The notes: generated from the letters alone by a model not told the origin. Shown: positions 9,634-21,145, counted from the first letter of the stretch. The stretch is DNA of 64,000 nt from Candidatus Poribacteria bacterium (GCA_965208675.1 OZ242351.1:4672001-4736000), one strand, 5' to 3'. A program made the numbers and translations.

Positions 9634-12372
9634 ATGATTCTGAATTTACTCCGAATGAGTGAATTTCGCCGCATTCCGATTCGAGTTTTATTCGCCTTGA
9701 TTCTTGGAATCACGGCGATTGATGGAATTGGCGGTGTCCTACACGCTACAGAAGAGCACGCATCCCAACACCAACTCAAAAACCCGGACGGAACGTGGAA
9801 ATGGACGAACGCCTTAATCCACGAGACTAGCCCCTACCTGCTCTTGCACGTTCACAACCCGGTGGAATGGTATCCGTGGGGTCCGGAAGCGCTGGAGCGG
9901 GCGAAAGCGGAAAATAAGCCGATTTTTCTCTCGGTCGGCTACTCCACATGTTATTGGTGTCATGTTATGGAAAGGAAGGTCTTCTCAAATCCGGAAATTG
10001 CCGAACTAATGAATCGGTGGTTTATCAACATCAAGGTCGATCGAGAGGAACGTCCGGACATTGACGAAATCTACATGACAGCCACCCAGATTATGACGCA
10101 GCACGGCGGTTGGCCGAACTCTGTCTTTTTGACGCCGGATTTGCTGCCGTTTTTTGCGGGCACCTACTTTCCGCCGGAGGACAGCGTCGGACGCCCCGGT
10201 TTTCCACGCATTTTACGAGGTGTTCATGACGCGTGGGTGAATCAACGGGAATTAGTCCTTGACCGGGCGAAGCAGATTACCGCAGTCATCAGACAAGCAA
10301 CGAGCGAGGGCATTGTCGATACCGGTGAAACGCCGGTAGATCGGCAGTTGATAGAATCTGGCGTAGATTATCTCACTGGAATGTACAGCGCGGACTACGG
10401 CGGCTTCGGCGATGCGCCGAAATTTCCTAGCCCAACCAATCTTGAATTTTTGCTGGGTGAATATCAGCGCCGGACTGAGACGCCGATTCAGATTGATTCG
10501 CAATTCGCGGGGGATTTGGATGAGGGGCGATTTTCGACTTCCTTACGTCACGCGCTTGAACATGCAGGCTTCTCACTTTCTGAAGATGTCCTCGTTTCGG
10601 TTAAAGAGAACGGCGCCGAATGGGTAATCAGTGATGTGGCGAACAAACAGACTTACCCTGTAAATGCGGATCGGGCGGGGTTAACAATTTTTCAGCCTGC
10701 TGAGGCGTTACTCAAGATGATTTCCCATACGCTCGACATGATGGCATACGGCGGGCTTTACGATCAGATAGGCGGCGGTTTCCACCGGTATTCCGTTGAT
10801 GCGAAATGGCTTGTGCCTCACTTCGAAAAGATGCTCTATGACAACGCACAACTGGCAAACGTTTACTTGCACGCATATCGTCTGACGAAGGCGCCGCTTT
10901 ACCGGTCAATCGCCGAAGAGATTTTCGAGTTCGTTTTCCGCGAGATGACATCACCCGAAGGCGGTTTTTATTCTGCGATTGATGCGGAGGTGGATGCGGA
11001 AGAAGGTAAATTCTACGTTTGGACGAAGGCGGAGATTAGAAAGATTTTAGGGAAGCGGAAGGCGAAGTTGTTCAATAGGGTTTACGGTGTAGACAAAGGG
11101 CCTAATTTTGAGGGTGAGACCAATATCCTGTATCTGCCTGCTCCGATAGCGAGCGTTTCAAAGGCTGAAGGGAAGTCTGAGGACAAAATTCTTAGGCAGC
11201 TTGAACCGCTCAAGACTAAGCTGTTGGCTGCACGAGAGAAACGGAAGCGTCCACTGCTCGACACGAAAGTGATAACGAGCTGGAACGGATTAATGATTGA
11301 TGCGCTCGCCTACGGTTATGAGGTTTTGGGAGATACGCGTTACCGCGACGCGGCGCAGAAGGCGGCGGAATTCATCCTGGAGCACTTGACGAGAACGGAT
11401 GGGCAGTTGATGCGGACCTACAAAGACGACATTGCCAAATATGACGGTTACCTCGATGATTACACCTTCGTCACTCGGGGGTTGCTCGGGTTGTACCGGG
11501 CAACCGGCGAAGGTCGATGGCTAAAGGAGGCAAAGTCTCTAAATGACACCATGATTAGACTGTTCTGGGACAACGAAGGCGGCGGGTTTTACTTCACACT
11601 CGCCGTTCAGGAATATTTGGTGGTTCGCACCAAAAATCCTTATGATTCTGCACTTCCATCGGGAAATGCCGTAGCTATCAACAACTTACTCACTCTCACG
11701 CGCCTTACGGGTGAAACGGATTATCTCGACAAAGCCGAGAAAAGCCTTCGCAGCTTCGCTAGCGTGATGGCGCAATCGCCCGGCGGCTTTATGCACATGC
11801 TCCTGGGCGCCAACAACTTTCTCTCGACAGATTGGACAGAGGCTGCGGTCGCGCAAGAAAAACAGCACCCTCAATTAGCGACCAAGTTGAAGGGAGAGCG
11901 TGGTATTAACGCCAATTCTCCGCTGGAAAGCCTAAGCGGAATCGGTTTGCCTGCGGGAGACGACGTTGTGAAAATCTCGGTACCAGAATTGTCGAAAAAG
12001 CAAATTTCCCAACGACGCCCGTTCGATATCGAAGTTCAACTAGAGATTGGCGACGGCTGGCACATTAACGCCAATCCAGCGTCTGACGATTTCCTCATTC
12101 CCACCACTGTATCGGTTAGTCCGGACGCGGCGTTTGAAGTCATCTCGGCGGTATATCCGAAAGGGAAGCCATTAACTTTTAGCTTCAACGACGAACCCGT
12201 GTCTGTTTATGAAGGCGTGCTGACGATTCAGATGCAACTGCAAATGAAACCCGGTGTTTCCCGCGAGGAGGCGTTTCCCGTGAATCTGAACCTTGAGTAT
12301 CAGGCGTGCGATGATCAGCGTTGCCTACCGCCTTCAACGGATACGATCCAGCTCGAGCTGGACAATCGTTAG
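9634..12372 (+). CDS. YyaL/DUF255 thioredoxin-domain protein with C-terminal DsbD_N-like domain
   Basis: [42 protein letters not shown]; C-terminal GWHINANP...[12 protein letters not shown]. Confidence 0.92.
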   Translation: MILNLLRMSEFRRIPIRVLFALILGITAIDGIGGVLHATEEHASQHQLKNPDGTWKWTNALIHETSPYLLLHVHNPVEWYPWGPEALERAKAENKPIFLSVGYSTCYWCHVMERKVFSNPEIAELMNRWFINIKVDREERPDIDEIYMTATQIMTQHGGWPNSVFLTPDLLPFFAGTYFPPEDSVGRPGFPRILRGVHDAWVNQRELVLDRAKQITAVIRQATSEGIVDTGETPVDRQLIESGVDYLTGMYSADYGGFGDAPKFPSPTNLEFLLGEYQRRTETPIQIDSQFAGDLDEGRFSTSLRHALEHAGFSLSEDVLVSVKENGAEWVISDVANKQTYPVNADRAGLTIFQPAEALLKMISHTLDMMAYGGLYDQIGGGFHRYSVDAKWLVPHFEKMLYDNAQLANVYLHAYRLTKAPLYRSIAEEIFEFVFREMTSPEGGFYSAIDAEVDAEEGKFYVWTKAEIRKILGKRKAKLFNRVYGVDKGPNFEGETNILYLPAPIASVSKAEGKSEDKILRQLEPLKTKLLAAREKRKRPLLDTKVITSWNGLMIDALAYGYEVLGDTRYRDAAQKAAEFILEHLTRTDGQLMRTYKDDIAKYDGYLDDYTFVTRGLLGLYRATGEGRWLKEAKSLNDTMIRLFWDNEGGGFYFTLAVQEYLVVRTKNPYDSALPSGNAVAINNLLTLTRLTGETDYLDKAEKSLRSFASVMAQSPGGFMHMLLGANNFLSTDWTEAAVAQEKQHPQLATKLKGERGINANSPLESLSGIGLPAGDDVVKISVPELSKKQISQRRPFDIEVQLEIGDGWHINANPASDDFLIPTTVSVSPDAAFEVISAVYPKGKPLTFSFNDEPVSVYEGVLTIQMQLQMKPGVSREEAFPVNLNLEYQACDDQRCLPPSTDTIQLELDNR

Positions 12373-12548
12373 CAGCTTAACCTGGCGCCTAGCTAGCCCC
12401 TATTCATGGGGCAAAACCTTGTGCTATATGGTGAAGTTTTCCGTAAAATACCCAAAGACGTTCCCGCCAATTTTCATGTAGTAAGCCGCTTTAACGATGA
12501 CATCCAACCTCAAGAAGATGCCAGAAGATGAGATGATAGGCGTGAACC

Positions 12549-13298
12549 ATGAGCGATCGAAATATCAAACTCACGATAGAATACGACGGTACGCACTATC
12601 ACGGCTGGCAGATTCAGCGGAATGCGGTGACGATTCAGGAAGTCGTCCAGAACGCGCTCACAAAAATTACACAGACCGAGACGCAGATTGTCGGCGCGGG
12701 CCGAACAGACACAGGCGTACACGCTTCGGGCCAAGTTGCAAATTTTCGCACGCACGCCCAGATGACCCCGGCTGCGCTCCAGAAAGCAGTTAACGCGCTG
12801 CTTCCGAGTGACATCGTAATCATTGCCGCGGAAGAGGTCTTTTCGGATTTTCACGCCCGTTTCAGCGCATCGAGCCGCACCTACCGATACACCATCCTCA
12901 ATCGTGTCTATCCCTCTGCTTTCTTACGCAATCGGGCACATTTTTTGCCTCGTCCAATGATTAACGTGGACGCAGCGAATGCGGTTTGCCGGGCGTTAAT
13001 CGGCAACCATGACTGTTCTTCATTCCAGCGGACAGGCGGGGGCCGCGCAAACCCGGTATGCGACATCTACGAATCCCGCTGCTGGAAGGAAGAAGACCTG
13101 GTGCACTTCGAGATTGAGGCAGATGCGTTTTTGCGCGGCATGGTTCGCGCGATTATCGGCACCATTCTGAAGTTACATGAGGCAGCGTCGCCGGTTGATC
13201 AGTTTCGCAAGATTCTTGAAGCGCACGACAGGTCGGCGGCAGGCCCCTCAGCACCGGCGCACGGCTTGTGCCTGACTCGAGTGAAATATGACCCGTGA
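12549..13298 (+). CDS. truA: tRNA pseudouridine(38-40) synthase
   Basis: IEYDGT.YHGWQ.Q, GAGRTDTGVHA.GQV, FHARFSA, FLRGMVR, APAHGLCL. Confidence 0.97.
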   Translation: MSDRNIKLTIEYDGTHYHGWQIQRNAVTIQEVVQNALTKITQTETQIVGAGRTDTGVHASGQVANFRTHAQMTPAALQKAVNALLPSDIVIIAAEEVFSDFHARFSASSRTYRYTILNRVYPSAFLRNRAHFLPRPMINVDAANAVCRALIGNHDCSSFQRTGGGRANPVCDIYESRCWKEEDLVHFEIEADAFLRGMVRAIIGTILKLHEAASPVDQFRKILEAHDRSAAGPSAPAHGLCLTRVKYDP

Positions 13299-13669
13299 AA
13301 GAGGTTCAAAGGTCTTGAAAACATAGCCGCTGGAACGAAAGTCTAAATATCACCTTCCTCCACAGACTCGCAGTCCAAGCCGTATTTGCCTACCGACCCG
13401 CCTTACGCCCAATCGACGCAGGATAGCATATGAGTTTTACCTGAACGCAACCTCCACCGCACGAAACTGCACCAAATTGTTCACAAGAAAGGCAATCTTG
13501 CACTGTTTGGGGCAGATACGGCGGGAGTTGACGAAGCGTCGAATTGGCAGATAAACGCTCACCGCTTGCATTTTCCAATTTTAGCGCTCTGGCATACAAA
13601 TTGCGTGTTTCCTGCCTGAAATTCACGCAGTTGGATGGAGATTTTCGGAAAGGAAGGCGAGCGCCCGTA

Positions 13670-14482
13670 ATGAAATTGCCCAGGATTTCGATTGGACCGC
13701 ACCGTGTCAGCAAGTTGATTATTGGCGGCAACCCGTACAGCGGAATTTCACACCATTCCCCAGCGAAATCGAAAGAGATGGAGAATTACTACACTGCCGC
13801 GCAGATCATGCGGGATTTGCGGGAGGCGGAGCGGTGCGGAATTAACACTGTGCTTGCCCGTGCTGACCGGCATATCATGCGGGTATTGAATGAGTACCGC
13901 GGTGCAGGCGGAAAGATCCAGTGGATTGCGCAGACGGCTAAGCGAAACGAATACGCGGATCTCATGGATCATATTCGCTTGATTGCGCGTTATCAACCGA
14001 TAGCTATCTATCAGCACGGCGGAACGACCGATCAGCTCTACGATGAAGGAAAGCTCGAATCTCTGCAGGACGCTTTGGCGCTGATTCGAGAACTGGGCTA
14101 CGCAGCGGGCATCGGAACTCATGACCCGCACATACTGAAGTATTGTTACCACGAAGGATTCGATGTCGATTTCTACGTCTGCGCGCTTTACAATCACTCA
14201 CGCCGTCCTGAAATGTACCTGCCCGCTGATCGAGATGCTGCAATTACGGCGATTCAGGCGGTACATCTACCGGTGATTGCCATCAAAGTGCTCGCCGCCG
14301 GGCGCACCGAACCTGTTTCTGCGTTCCGATTTACGCTCGACCGCATCAAGCCGATTGATGCCATAGCGGTTGGCATGGATACGAATGGGCGGCCGGAGCT
14401 CATCAGCGATAACGTTACATTGGTGGGTAAAATGATTAATCCTATCGATTCACCAAGGACAGATGAAAGGAGTACACCGTGA
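13670..14482 (+). CDS. hypothetical oxidoreductase, aldo/keto-reductase-like
   Basis: MKLPRISIG..VSKLIIGGNP, GIGTH.P, IAIKVLAAGR; ATG at 13670 follows AAGGAAGG. Confidence 0.7.
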   Translation: MKLPRISIGPHRVSKLIIGGNPYSGISHHSPAKSKEMENYYTAAQIMRDLREAERCGINTVLARADRHIMRVLNEYRGAGGKIQWIAQTAKRNEYADLMDHIRLIARYQPIAIYQHGGTTDQLYDEGKLESLQDALALIRELGYAAGIGTHDPHILKYCYHEGFDVDFYVCALYNHSRRPEMYLPADRDAAITAIQAVHLPVIAIKVLAAGRTEPVSAFRFTLDRIKPIDAIAVGMDTNGRPELISDNVTLVGKMINPIDSPRTDERSTP

Positions 14483-15099
14483 TACACTATTTACCACACA
14501 TTTTTTGCCTGTGGATGTGTTTGTTGTGGAGCGGCTGCGGCATTATCATGCCGCAATCTGACTACATCTGGAGTGAGAACTACGCGCTGGACAAAAACGG
14601 CGGACGCAGTTCTATCCCAAAAGTAAACGACGGGAATTTGGACACGTTTGGGCGGCTCGGCGTAAAAGCTGTAGGAACACTCAATAGGGCAAGGAGCAGA
14701 AACACGGCAACTCAATCACCCCTGGAGTTAAGAACGTTCGGCAGAAGCTACTCATTTGAGGAAGCCGAGGTTTTCCCGCAGGTCGATATTCAATTCCGAG
14801 AAAAGTTGCCGATTGACAAAATTATCATTCATGCGACGAATGTCAACACATTGGATGTCTATTGGCGGGATAATGAGTCCAAATGGCAGCTATTGGCGGG
14901 TTTTCGTCAAAACCCAAAAAGTCCCGTCGTTATCCGTGAACACGCCGTGACCAATGCCATACTTATCGATGTGAGACCTCGAAAGCCGGTTCCGTCAAGG
15001 CAGTCAATGTGGCGATCACTCGAATTTGCGCTGGAAGCTGAAGCGCACATAACAGAGGTTGAAGTTTACGGGAAGATTCCAAAGAAGGCGAGTTTATAG
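14479..15099 (+). CDS. hypothetical lipoprotein
   Basis: LLWSG-C lipobox-like motif, WSENYAL, C-terminal ITEVEVYG strand; start overlaps upstream stop (GTGA). Confidence 0.7.
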   Translation: MIHYLPHIFCLWMCLLWSGCGIIMPQSDYIWSENYALDKNGGRSSIPKVNDGNLDTFGRLGVKAVGTLNRARSRNTATQSPLELRTFGRSYSFEEAEVFPQVDIQFREKLPIDKIIIHATNVNTLDVYWRDNESKWQLLAGFRQNPKSPVVIREHAVTNAILIDVRPRKPVPSRQSMWRSLEFALEAEAHITEVEVYGKIPKKASL

Positions 15100-15267
15100 A
15101 GGACGAGGTTTCTGTGAAGCGGCTTTACCTTTGTAGAAGCTTCAGCATACGCATTCATTCACCGTCATGACATGGATAGGTTACTCTTGAAAATCGTGTG
15201 GTAAGCCGACTTAAATCTGGTCTGTTCCATTAGACCGCACCCCGCACGGGGGAACCCAAATGGAAGT

Positions 15268-17490
15268 ATGAATCTCATGAAAAAAGCGCTGGCATTCAAT
15301 TTCACTCTCGTGTTCATTTCAGTCTTATTTTTGCAGAACAGTTTCGCTCAAGAATACACGCGATGGGGTTTGCCCGAAGGTGCCATAGCGCGCTTGGGTA
15401 AAGGTAGTATAAGCGATATACAGTATTCGCCCGACGGCACTCGTCTCGCGGTGGCTGGTAGTATCGGCATTTGGGTTTACGATACGGTGACGCATCAGGA
15501 GTCCGCACTGTTCACCGGACATACGTCCGGGGTTCATAGCGTTGCATTCAGTCCCAATGGTGGTATCATTGCCAGTGGTTACGGTGACGGCACCATCCGT
15601 CTACGGGAAGCAGATACCGGAAAACTCCAGCGTACGCTTACTGGGCATACATCTGGGATTAGCAGTGTTGCTTTTAGCCCGGATGGGGCCACCATAGCTA
15701 GCGGCAGTTGGGATTCTACAATTCGGATGTGGAATGCCATTACGGGGGAACATGTGCGCACGCTCAGCGGGCATACAAAATCGGTTTGGTGCGTTACGTT
15801 CAGTCCCGATGGGCGCAGCGTCGCTAGTGGGAGTTGGGACGCTACCATCCGACTGTGGGATACAAATACGGGCGAACACCTACGCACGCTTACCGGGCAT
15901 TCGGATTCGGTCAATAGTGTCGTGTTCAGTTACGATTCACAGACGATCACCAGTTGGGGTTGGGACAAAACCATCCGGGTGTGGGACGCCAATACGGGTA
16001 AACACCTACGAAAGCTAAAGGGGCCTTCTGGGTACGGAAGCGTTACGTTCAGTCCCGACGGACGCAGGCTTGTAAGTGGGCATTGGGACGGTACAATCGG
16101 TTTGTGGAACGCCGGTACGGGAGCGCACCTGGGCACGGTCACCGGGCATTCATCTGGGGTGGAAAGCGTTGCGTTCGGTCCCGATGGACGCACAATCGCA
16201 AGTGAGACTTGGGACTCTGCCATTTTGCTTTGGGACAGCAATACAGGAAATCCCGTCGGCGAACTTACCGGATACACGGATTTGGTCTTCAGCGTTGCGT
16301 TTAGTCCTGACGGCGGCACGCTCGCCAGTGGGAGTCGGGACGCCGCGGTCAGACTGTGGCAAGCCGATACGGGAAGACACCTGCGCACGCTCACCGGCCA
16401 TACGACTGAGGTTTGGAGTGTTGCGTTCAGTCCAGATGGCAGTATGATTGCTAGCGGGAGTTGGGACCATACCATCCGTCTGTGGCAGACAGAATCGGGA
16501 GAGCATGTGCTCACGCTTGGAGGAGATACGAGTCAGGTCTGGTGCGTTGCGTTCAGTCCGGATGGCAGCACGATTGCTAGCGGGGGTTGGGACCACGCCG
16601 TCCGTCTGTGGCAAGCCGATACGGGAAGACACCTGCGTACGTTCACCGGTCATGCGTCTGAGGTTTTAAGTGTTGCATTCAGTCCCGACGGCGGCACGCT
16701 TGCCAGTGGGAGTCAGGACGCCACGGTTCGCCTGTGGCAAGCTGATACGGGAAAACACCAACGCACGCTCACAGGGCATGCGGATTCAGTCAATAGTGTT
16801 GCATTCAGTCCTGACGGCGGTATCATCGCTAGCGGAAGTAGGGACAGTACCGTCCGTCTGTGGAACGCCGGTACGGGTAAACTCCTGCGTACGCTCGCCG
16901 GACATACGAGTTCGGTTTTGAGTGTAGCGTTCAGTCCCGATGGCGGTACCATCGCTAGCGGGAGTGCGAGTCGGGACAATACTATCCGACTATGGCGGAC
17001 CGATTCCGGAAACCACCTACAATCGTTCACCGGACATGCGTACGGCGTCTGGAGCATTGCGTTCAGTCCCAATGGGGACACACTCGCTAGCGCGAGTACG
17101 GACGGCACCGTGTTGCTGTGGAAACTTGCCTCTTCAACCGGTATAGGGGTTGGGGTGGAATTGTCCGCACGACGTGCAACCACGCTAGGGAACATCAAAC
17201 GAACCGCTTTGCTACAGAATTTTCCCAATCCATTTAACCCCGAGACGTGGATACCGTACCAGTTGGCGGAAGGTTCTCCGGCGGCATTAACCATCTATGA
17301 CCAGAGCGGGCGAGTCGTGCGTACGCTTAATCTTGGATATCAGATATCAGGCAGCTACGAGAGTCGAGATAAGGCGGCGTATTGGGACGGACGCAACGAG
17401 GCTGGGGAAATGGTCACAAGCGGCGCATATTTCTACCAACTTCGTGCAGGCGATTTTACATCGTTACGGCGAATGATAATTCTCAAGTAG
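15268..17490 (+). CDS. secreted WD40-repeat protein with C-terminal FlgD/T9SS-A-like domain
   Basis: Signal peptide; about 13-14 GH...V.SVAFSPDG..ASGS.D.TIRLW repeats; LLQNFPNPFNPETWIPYQL...YWDGRNEAGE...YFYQL. Confidence 0.95.
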   Translation: MNLMKKALAFNFTLVFISVLFLQNSFAQEYTRWGLPEGAIARLGKGSISDIQYSPDGTRLAVAGSIGIWVYDTVTHQESALFTGHTSGVHSVAFSPNGGIIASGYGDGTIRLREADTGKLQRTLTGHTSGISSVAFSPDGATIASGSWDSTIRMWNAITGEHVRTLSGHTKSVWCVTFSPDGRSVASGSWDATIRLWDTNTGEHLRTLTGHSDSVNSVVFSYDSQTITSWGWDKTIRVWDANTGKHLRKLKGPSGYGSVTFSPDGRRLVSGHWDGTIGLWNAGTGAHLGTVTGHSSGVESVAFGPDGRTIASETWDSAILLWDSNTGNPVGELTGYTDLVFSVAFSPDGGTLASGSRDAAVRLWQADTGRHLRTLTGHTTEVWSVAFSPDGSMIASGSWDHTIRLWQTESGEHVLTLGGDTSQVWCVAFSPDGSTIASGGWDHAVRLWQADTGRHLRTFTGHASEVLSVAFSPDGGTLASGSQDATVRLWQADTGKHQRTLTGHADSVNSVAFSPDGGIIASGSRDSTVRLWNAGTGKLLRTLAGHTSSVLSVAFSPDGGTIASGSASRDNTIRLWRTDSGNHLQSFTGHAYGVWSIAFSPNGDTLASASTDGTVLLWKLASSTGIGVGVELSARRATTLGNIKRTALLQNFPNPFNPETWIPYQLAEGSPAALTIYDQSGRVVRTLNLGYQISGSYESRDKAAYWDGRNEAGEMVTSGAYFYQLRAGDFTSLRRMIILK

Positions 17491-17511
17491 TAGCAAACGA
17501 CCAAATGGCGT

Positions 17512-18447
17512 TCATGGCTGGTCAATGACTCTATGATTCTTAAACACTTTGAAATTATCGAATTTTGTGCCTTTGTACGATGCTCCTCCTTTTATTGTCC
17601 AGACACCCGCTTGACCACTTTGGTAGCGCTCCGGGGAGTGATCTGAGGCTTCCAACAACCATGTGCCCGGTTCGGATTCGCCTTTCGGCCAGACTTTGCC
17701 CTTCAGATAGGTGTACGCATCGTGGGTCGTAACCTCAAACTGAAAAATATACCAACGGTTATCTTCGAGATGTAGGTCTATCTCGTTCAAATAGATATTT
17801 CCGTACCTACCCTGCTCAATGGGTACGCGTTTGGCAATTTGGAGTTTTCTGTGAACATCGGACGTTCGGAGCCTGTAGTTCTCAACGGTTGAGTTCCAAT
17901 AGGCAAACACGCCGGCATCGCCGGAATGATTAATGCGGAGCTCCGCCTGAACGACGTAACTGGTCCAATCCTTTTCCCCGACTAGCGCGGCGCTATTTGG
18001 TGCGTTTCTATTCGACTGTTCCAATACACGGCTGCCCGAGGTAGAAATGCCCCATCTCCCGCCGGAAGGGAAGTTCCAGTCGTTCTGATCCTCCACATTT
18101 GTCTTGCTTTCAAAGTTGTCCTCAAACAGTGTTTCGCGGCGAATACCGCGTAGTTGAGATAGTTTCTTTTCGAGCGTATCGACCCTCGCTTCAAGTTTTT
18201 CCTTTTGCTGGACTTTTACCAGTAACTGCGTTTTCTCGGGGATGACTATCTTTTGTTGTGCCTTAATTACGTCAGGATTAGAGATGCTGTTATACTTGGC
18301 GAGTTGCGGCCATAACGAGGCATCCTGTAGTTTCTCTTTTGCTATTTTTTCGAGTGTATCGCCTTTCTGGACGGTGTAGAGGTCTTCCTCTGCTATCACG
18401 ATACTACAGCACAGTGTAACCGTTAAAACCACGCCTAGAAACTTCAT
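17512..18447 (-). CDS. secreted LysM-domain protein with lectin-like beta-sandwich
   Basis: YTVQKGDTLEKIA...WPQLAKYN.I.NPD.I (LysM), coiled coil, LFEDNFE...KFDNFKV. Confidence 0.85.
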   Translation of the reverse strand: MKFLGVVLTVTLCCSIVIAEEDLYTVQKGDTLEKIAKEKLQDASLWPQLAKYNSISNPDVIKAQQKIVIPEKTQLLVKVQQKEKLEARVDTLEKKLSQLRGIRRETLFEDNFESKTNVEDQNDWNFPSGGRWGISTSGSRVLEQSNRNAPNSAALVGEKDWTSYVVQAELRINHSGDAGVFAYWNSTVENYRLRTSDVHRKLQIAKRVPIEQGRYGNIYLNEIDLHLEDNRWYIFQFEVTTHDAYTYLKGKVWPKGESEPGTWLLEASDHSPERYQSGQAGVWTIKGGASYKGTKFDNFKVFKNHRVIDQP

Positions 18448-18754
18448 GATTTAGTCTCCTATTGAGTTCATGAGTTGTTCGTGCGTAAGAGAGCAACCGA
18501 TTTTTCGAGAAAAAATTTGGTTACGCCGACAAGGGAACGTTGAAATTGTACCCGATTGGGCGGGGAAAGGGCAAACAAGAAATGAAACATTCGACATGAA
18601 TCGAAACCGCGAATTGAAAAAGTTCGTTTTTGGCAGAGGCAGACGCTATGAAATTCGAACTGGGTGAGGACTAGTCTAAAAGAGTCTAATTTCAACATTT
18701 CGACAACAGGAAAGGGAGTTTTGCTGAACGAGAAGTTCAGCAGAACATGAGAAT

Positions 18755-19417
18755 ATGAAGCGCATATTAGAACCGGAGGTAATGGACACACGTGAAGAAG
18801 CCGAGGCGTATGATGCGATGGATCACGGTGAAGTTAATGACTTATTTGTAGGGCGTATCATTGAACTTGGCGCATGTGATGGGAATTTCCTGGATCTTGG
18901 GACGGGAACGGCGGACATTCCCATCTTGTTAGCCCAACGCCTGCCGAAGATTCAGATTGTTGGGATTGACCTTTCGCTGAACATGTTGAAGTTGGGGGAG
19001 GCGCACGTTGCCAAAGCCGGGTTAGCCGATCGAATCGCGTTGGAGTGTGTTGATGCAAAATCCCTCCCGTATCCCGACCAATCGTTCGACGGTGTCATCT
19101 CCAATAGCATTATCCACCACATTCCTGATCCGATGCCGGCGCTACGGGAAATTAGCCGGACTGTCCGCTGCGGCGGGTTAATTATGATTCGAGATTTGAT
19201 ACGTCCAGAAACCCCAGAAGCGGCTCAAACATTAGTAGACCAATATGCAGCAGATGATACACCTTACCAGAAAAACCTGCTTTATAACTCCTTCCGCGCC
19301 GCGTTCACAATTCCTGAGGTTGAAGCGATGCACGCGCAAGTGAATTTGCCCGATGCCGTTGTGGTTCAAAGTTCGGATCGCCACTGGTCTATAGAGCGGA
19401 GTATTGACCGGAATTGA
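18755..19417 (+). CDS. class I SAM-dependent methyltransferase
   Basis: RILEPEVMD, FLDLGTGTA, FDGVISNSIIHHIPDP. Confidence 0.92.
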   Translation: MKRILEPEVMDTREEAEAYDAMDHGEVNDLFVGRIIELGACDGNFLDLGTGTADIPILLAQRLPKIQIVGIDLSLNMLKLGEAHVAKAGLADRIALECVDAKSLPYPDQSFDGVISNSIIHHIPDPMPALREISRTVRCGGLIMIRDLIRPETPEAAQTLVDQYAADDTPYQKNLLYNSFRAAFTIPEVEAMHAQVNLPDAVVVQSSDRHWSIERSIDRN

Positions 19418-19427
19418 TTAATGGCAA

Positions 19428-20699
19428 TCACTCCGATGAAGATGTAACCTCTTCATCAATATCCATCAGGCGATTGTATTTTACAACGCGTTCGCCCCGT
19501 GATGGACCTACCTTAACAAAATCTGCGCCCACGGCTGCAGCGAGGTCGATAATAAACGTGTCAGTGGTTTCACCGCCGCCTCGATGGGATACAATAACTT
19601 TCAGTCCGTGCTCCTTTGCTAGTGTTACCGCTTCGACGGTCTCAGTGAGTGTCCCAACCTGGTTTGGCTTAATCAGGATGGCGTTGATCGCCTTTAGGTC
19701 GATGGCTTTTTGCAGGCGAGTCACGTTAGTTGTGGTGAGATCATCACCGACGTTTATCACGCTCTGCCCTACGCGTTCGTTAAGCAGCGTCCATGAATCC
19801 CAATCGTCCTCTCCAAGGCCGTCTTCAATCGAAAATACCGGAAATTCGCGCACGCATTCTTCATAATAGCGGATGAGCTGTTCAGCGGAGAGGTTTCTGT
19901 TATCCCGTTCGAGGCGGTAAGAACCGTCGCTGTAGAATTCTGACGCAGCAGGGTCGAGCGCTATGGCGACCTCATCCATCGGCTCATAACCGGCATCGAC
20001 AATCGCCTTTTGGATGTAGATTAAGGGCTCCTTATTCGACGGGATGCCGGCAGGGGCGTAGGCACCTTCCAATCCTACATTTATGGGGTACCCGTGGGCT
20101 TTGAGCACTTTTCCGAGCGTATGGTAGATTTCGATACCGGCTCGCACCGCGTCACGGGAATCCATATCTGCGCGAATGCCTACCATATATTCCTGCAAAT
20201 CTGTAGAATCGTCCGCGTGACACCCGCCTTCAATGACGACCATCATGGGTTTCGGCAGAGACGGGTTTTCGCCTGCCAAACTGTATGTTTCCCGGATATA
20301 CTGATAAAGCGGTAAAGCCCGCGCGGTGCACGCGGCCCGGGCGCATGCGAGTGAAACGCTGAGAATAGAGTTACCCCCAATATTTTCCCTTCGCGGCGTT
20401 TTATCCAAAGCAATTAACCGGCCATCAATGTCTTTCTGGTCGAACACGTCCGTACCGGCAATTTCTGGCGCAATCACGTTATTTACATTGTGGGTTGACT
20501 TGAGCATTCCGCGGCCGCCGTACCGCGCCGGATCGCCGTCTAACAAGGTAAGGGCTTCGTATCTCCCTGCTGAAGAACCGAACGGGACGGATGCGATACC
20601 AGTGATTCCGCTTTCTAGCGTCACAATAGTCTCAATCGTGGGGTATGCGCCGCTGCTCAGAATCTCTCGTGCTCGAATGGTTTTAATTTTTGCGTTCAA
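19428..20699 (-). CDS. eno: enolase (divergent)
   Basis: DLQEYM, ALDPAASEF, SIEDGL.EDD, VGDDL, ILIKPNQ, SHR, ER..KYNRL; TTG at 20699 likely start (ORF track starts at 20750). Confidence 0.85.
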   Translation of the reverse strand: MNAKIKTIRAREILSSGAYPTIETIVTLESGITGIASVPFGSSAGRYEALTLLDGDPARYGGRGMLKSTHNVNNVIAPEIAGTDVFDQKDIDGRLIALDKTPRRENIGGNSILSVSLACARAACTARALPLYQYIRETYSLAGENPSLPKPMMVVIEGGCHADDSTDLQEYMVGIRADMDSRDAVRAGIEIYHTLGKVLKAHGYPINVGLEGAYAPAGIPSNKEPLIYIQKAIVDAGYEPMDEVAIALDPAASEFYSDGSYRLERDNRNLSAEQLIRYYEECVREFPVFSIEDGLGEDDWDSWTLLNERVGQSVINVGDDLTTTNVTRLQKAIDLKAINAILIKPNQVGTLTETVEAVTLAKEHGLKVIVSHRGGGETTDTFIIDLAAAVGADFVKVGPSRGERVVKYNRLMDIDEEVTSSSE

Positions 20700-20800
20700 C
20701 CGGGTAATCTGCCTTTCTGGATGTGTGGGGGTGTTCAAGGTTAACCTCAATATTATACCATCATTATGTATTTATGGTGGATTTTACTTACTCCCAATGT

Positions 20801-21145
20801 AAGGTTACGGCACACGGCGTGTGCTTACAACGTTATCGCGGCTGGAAGCCGCTCCCCCAGGGATTACTTGCCCCCAAAGTTTAGACAGCTATGGCGGTCT
20901 GTTAATGGGAAATTTGAGTTGGGGGTAGCACGATTTCACAGGAAGGTTACGGCACACGGAGTGTACCTACTACTTTATCGCGGCTGTAAGGCGCTCCCAC
21001 AGGGATTGCTTGCCTCCAATGTTTAGACAGTTATGGCGGTTTATTTAGGAGTGATTTCAGTTGGGGGTAGTACGTTTTCACAGGAATGTTACGGCAGGCG
21101 GCGTGTGCGTACAACCTTAACGCGGCTGGAAGCCGCTCCCACAGG
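20801..21145. repeat. tandem 142-bp composite repeat (about 2.4 copies) of REP hairpins plus IS3-IR-like minielement
   Basis: Units start at 20801, 20943 and 21085; each has CGGCACACGG.GTGTGC.TAC and CGCGGCTGGAAGCCGCTCCCACA; the two complete units add TACTTGCCCCCAA.GTTTAGACAG..TTGGGGGTAG. Confidence 0.9.

Noticed and set aside
18560-18700. Possible c-di-GMP-I riboswitch (GGGCAAAC...GACGC)
   Set aside because: Spacing and stems do not fit by eye; an Rfam scan would be needed.
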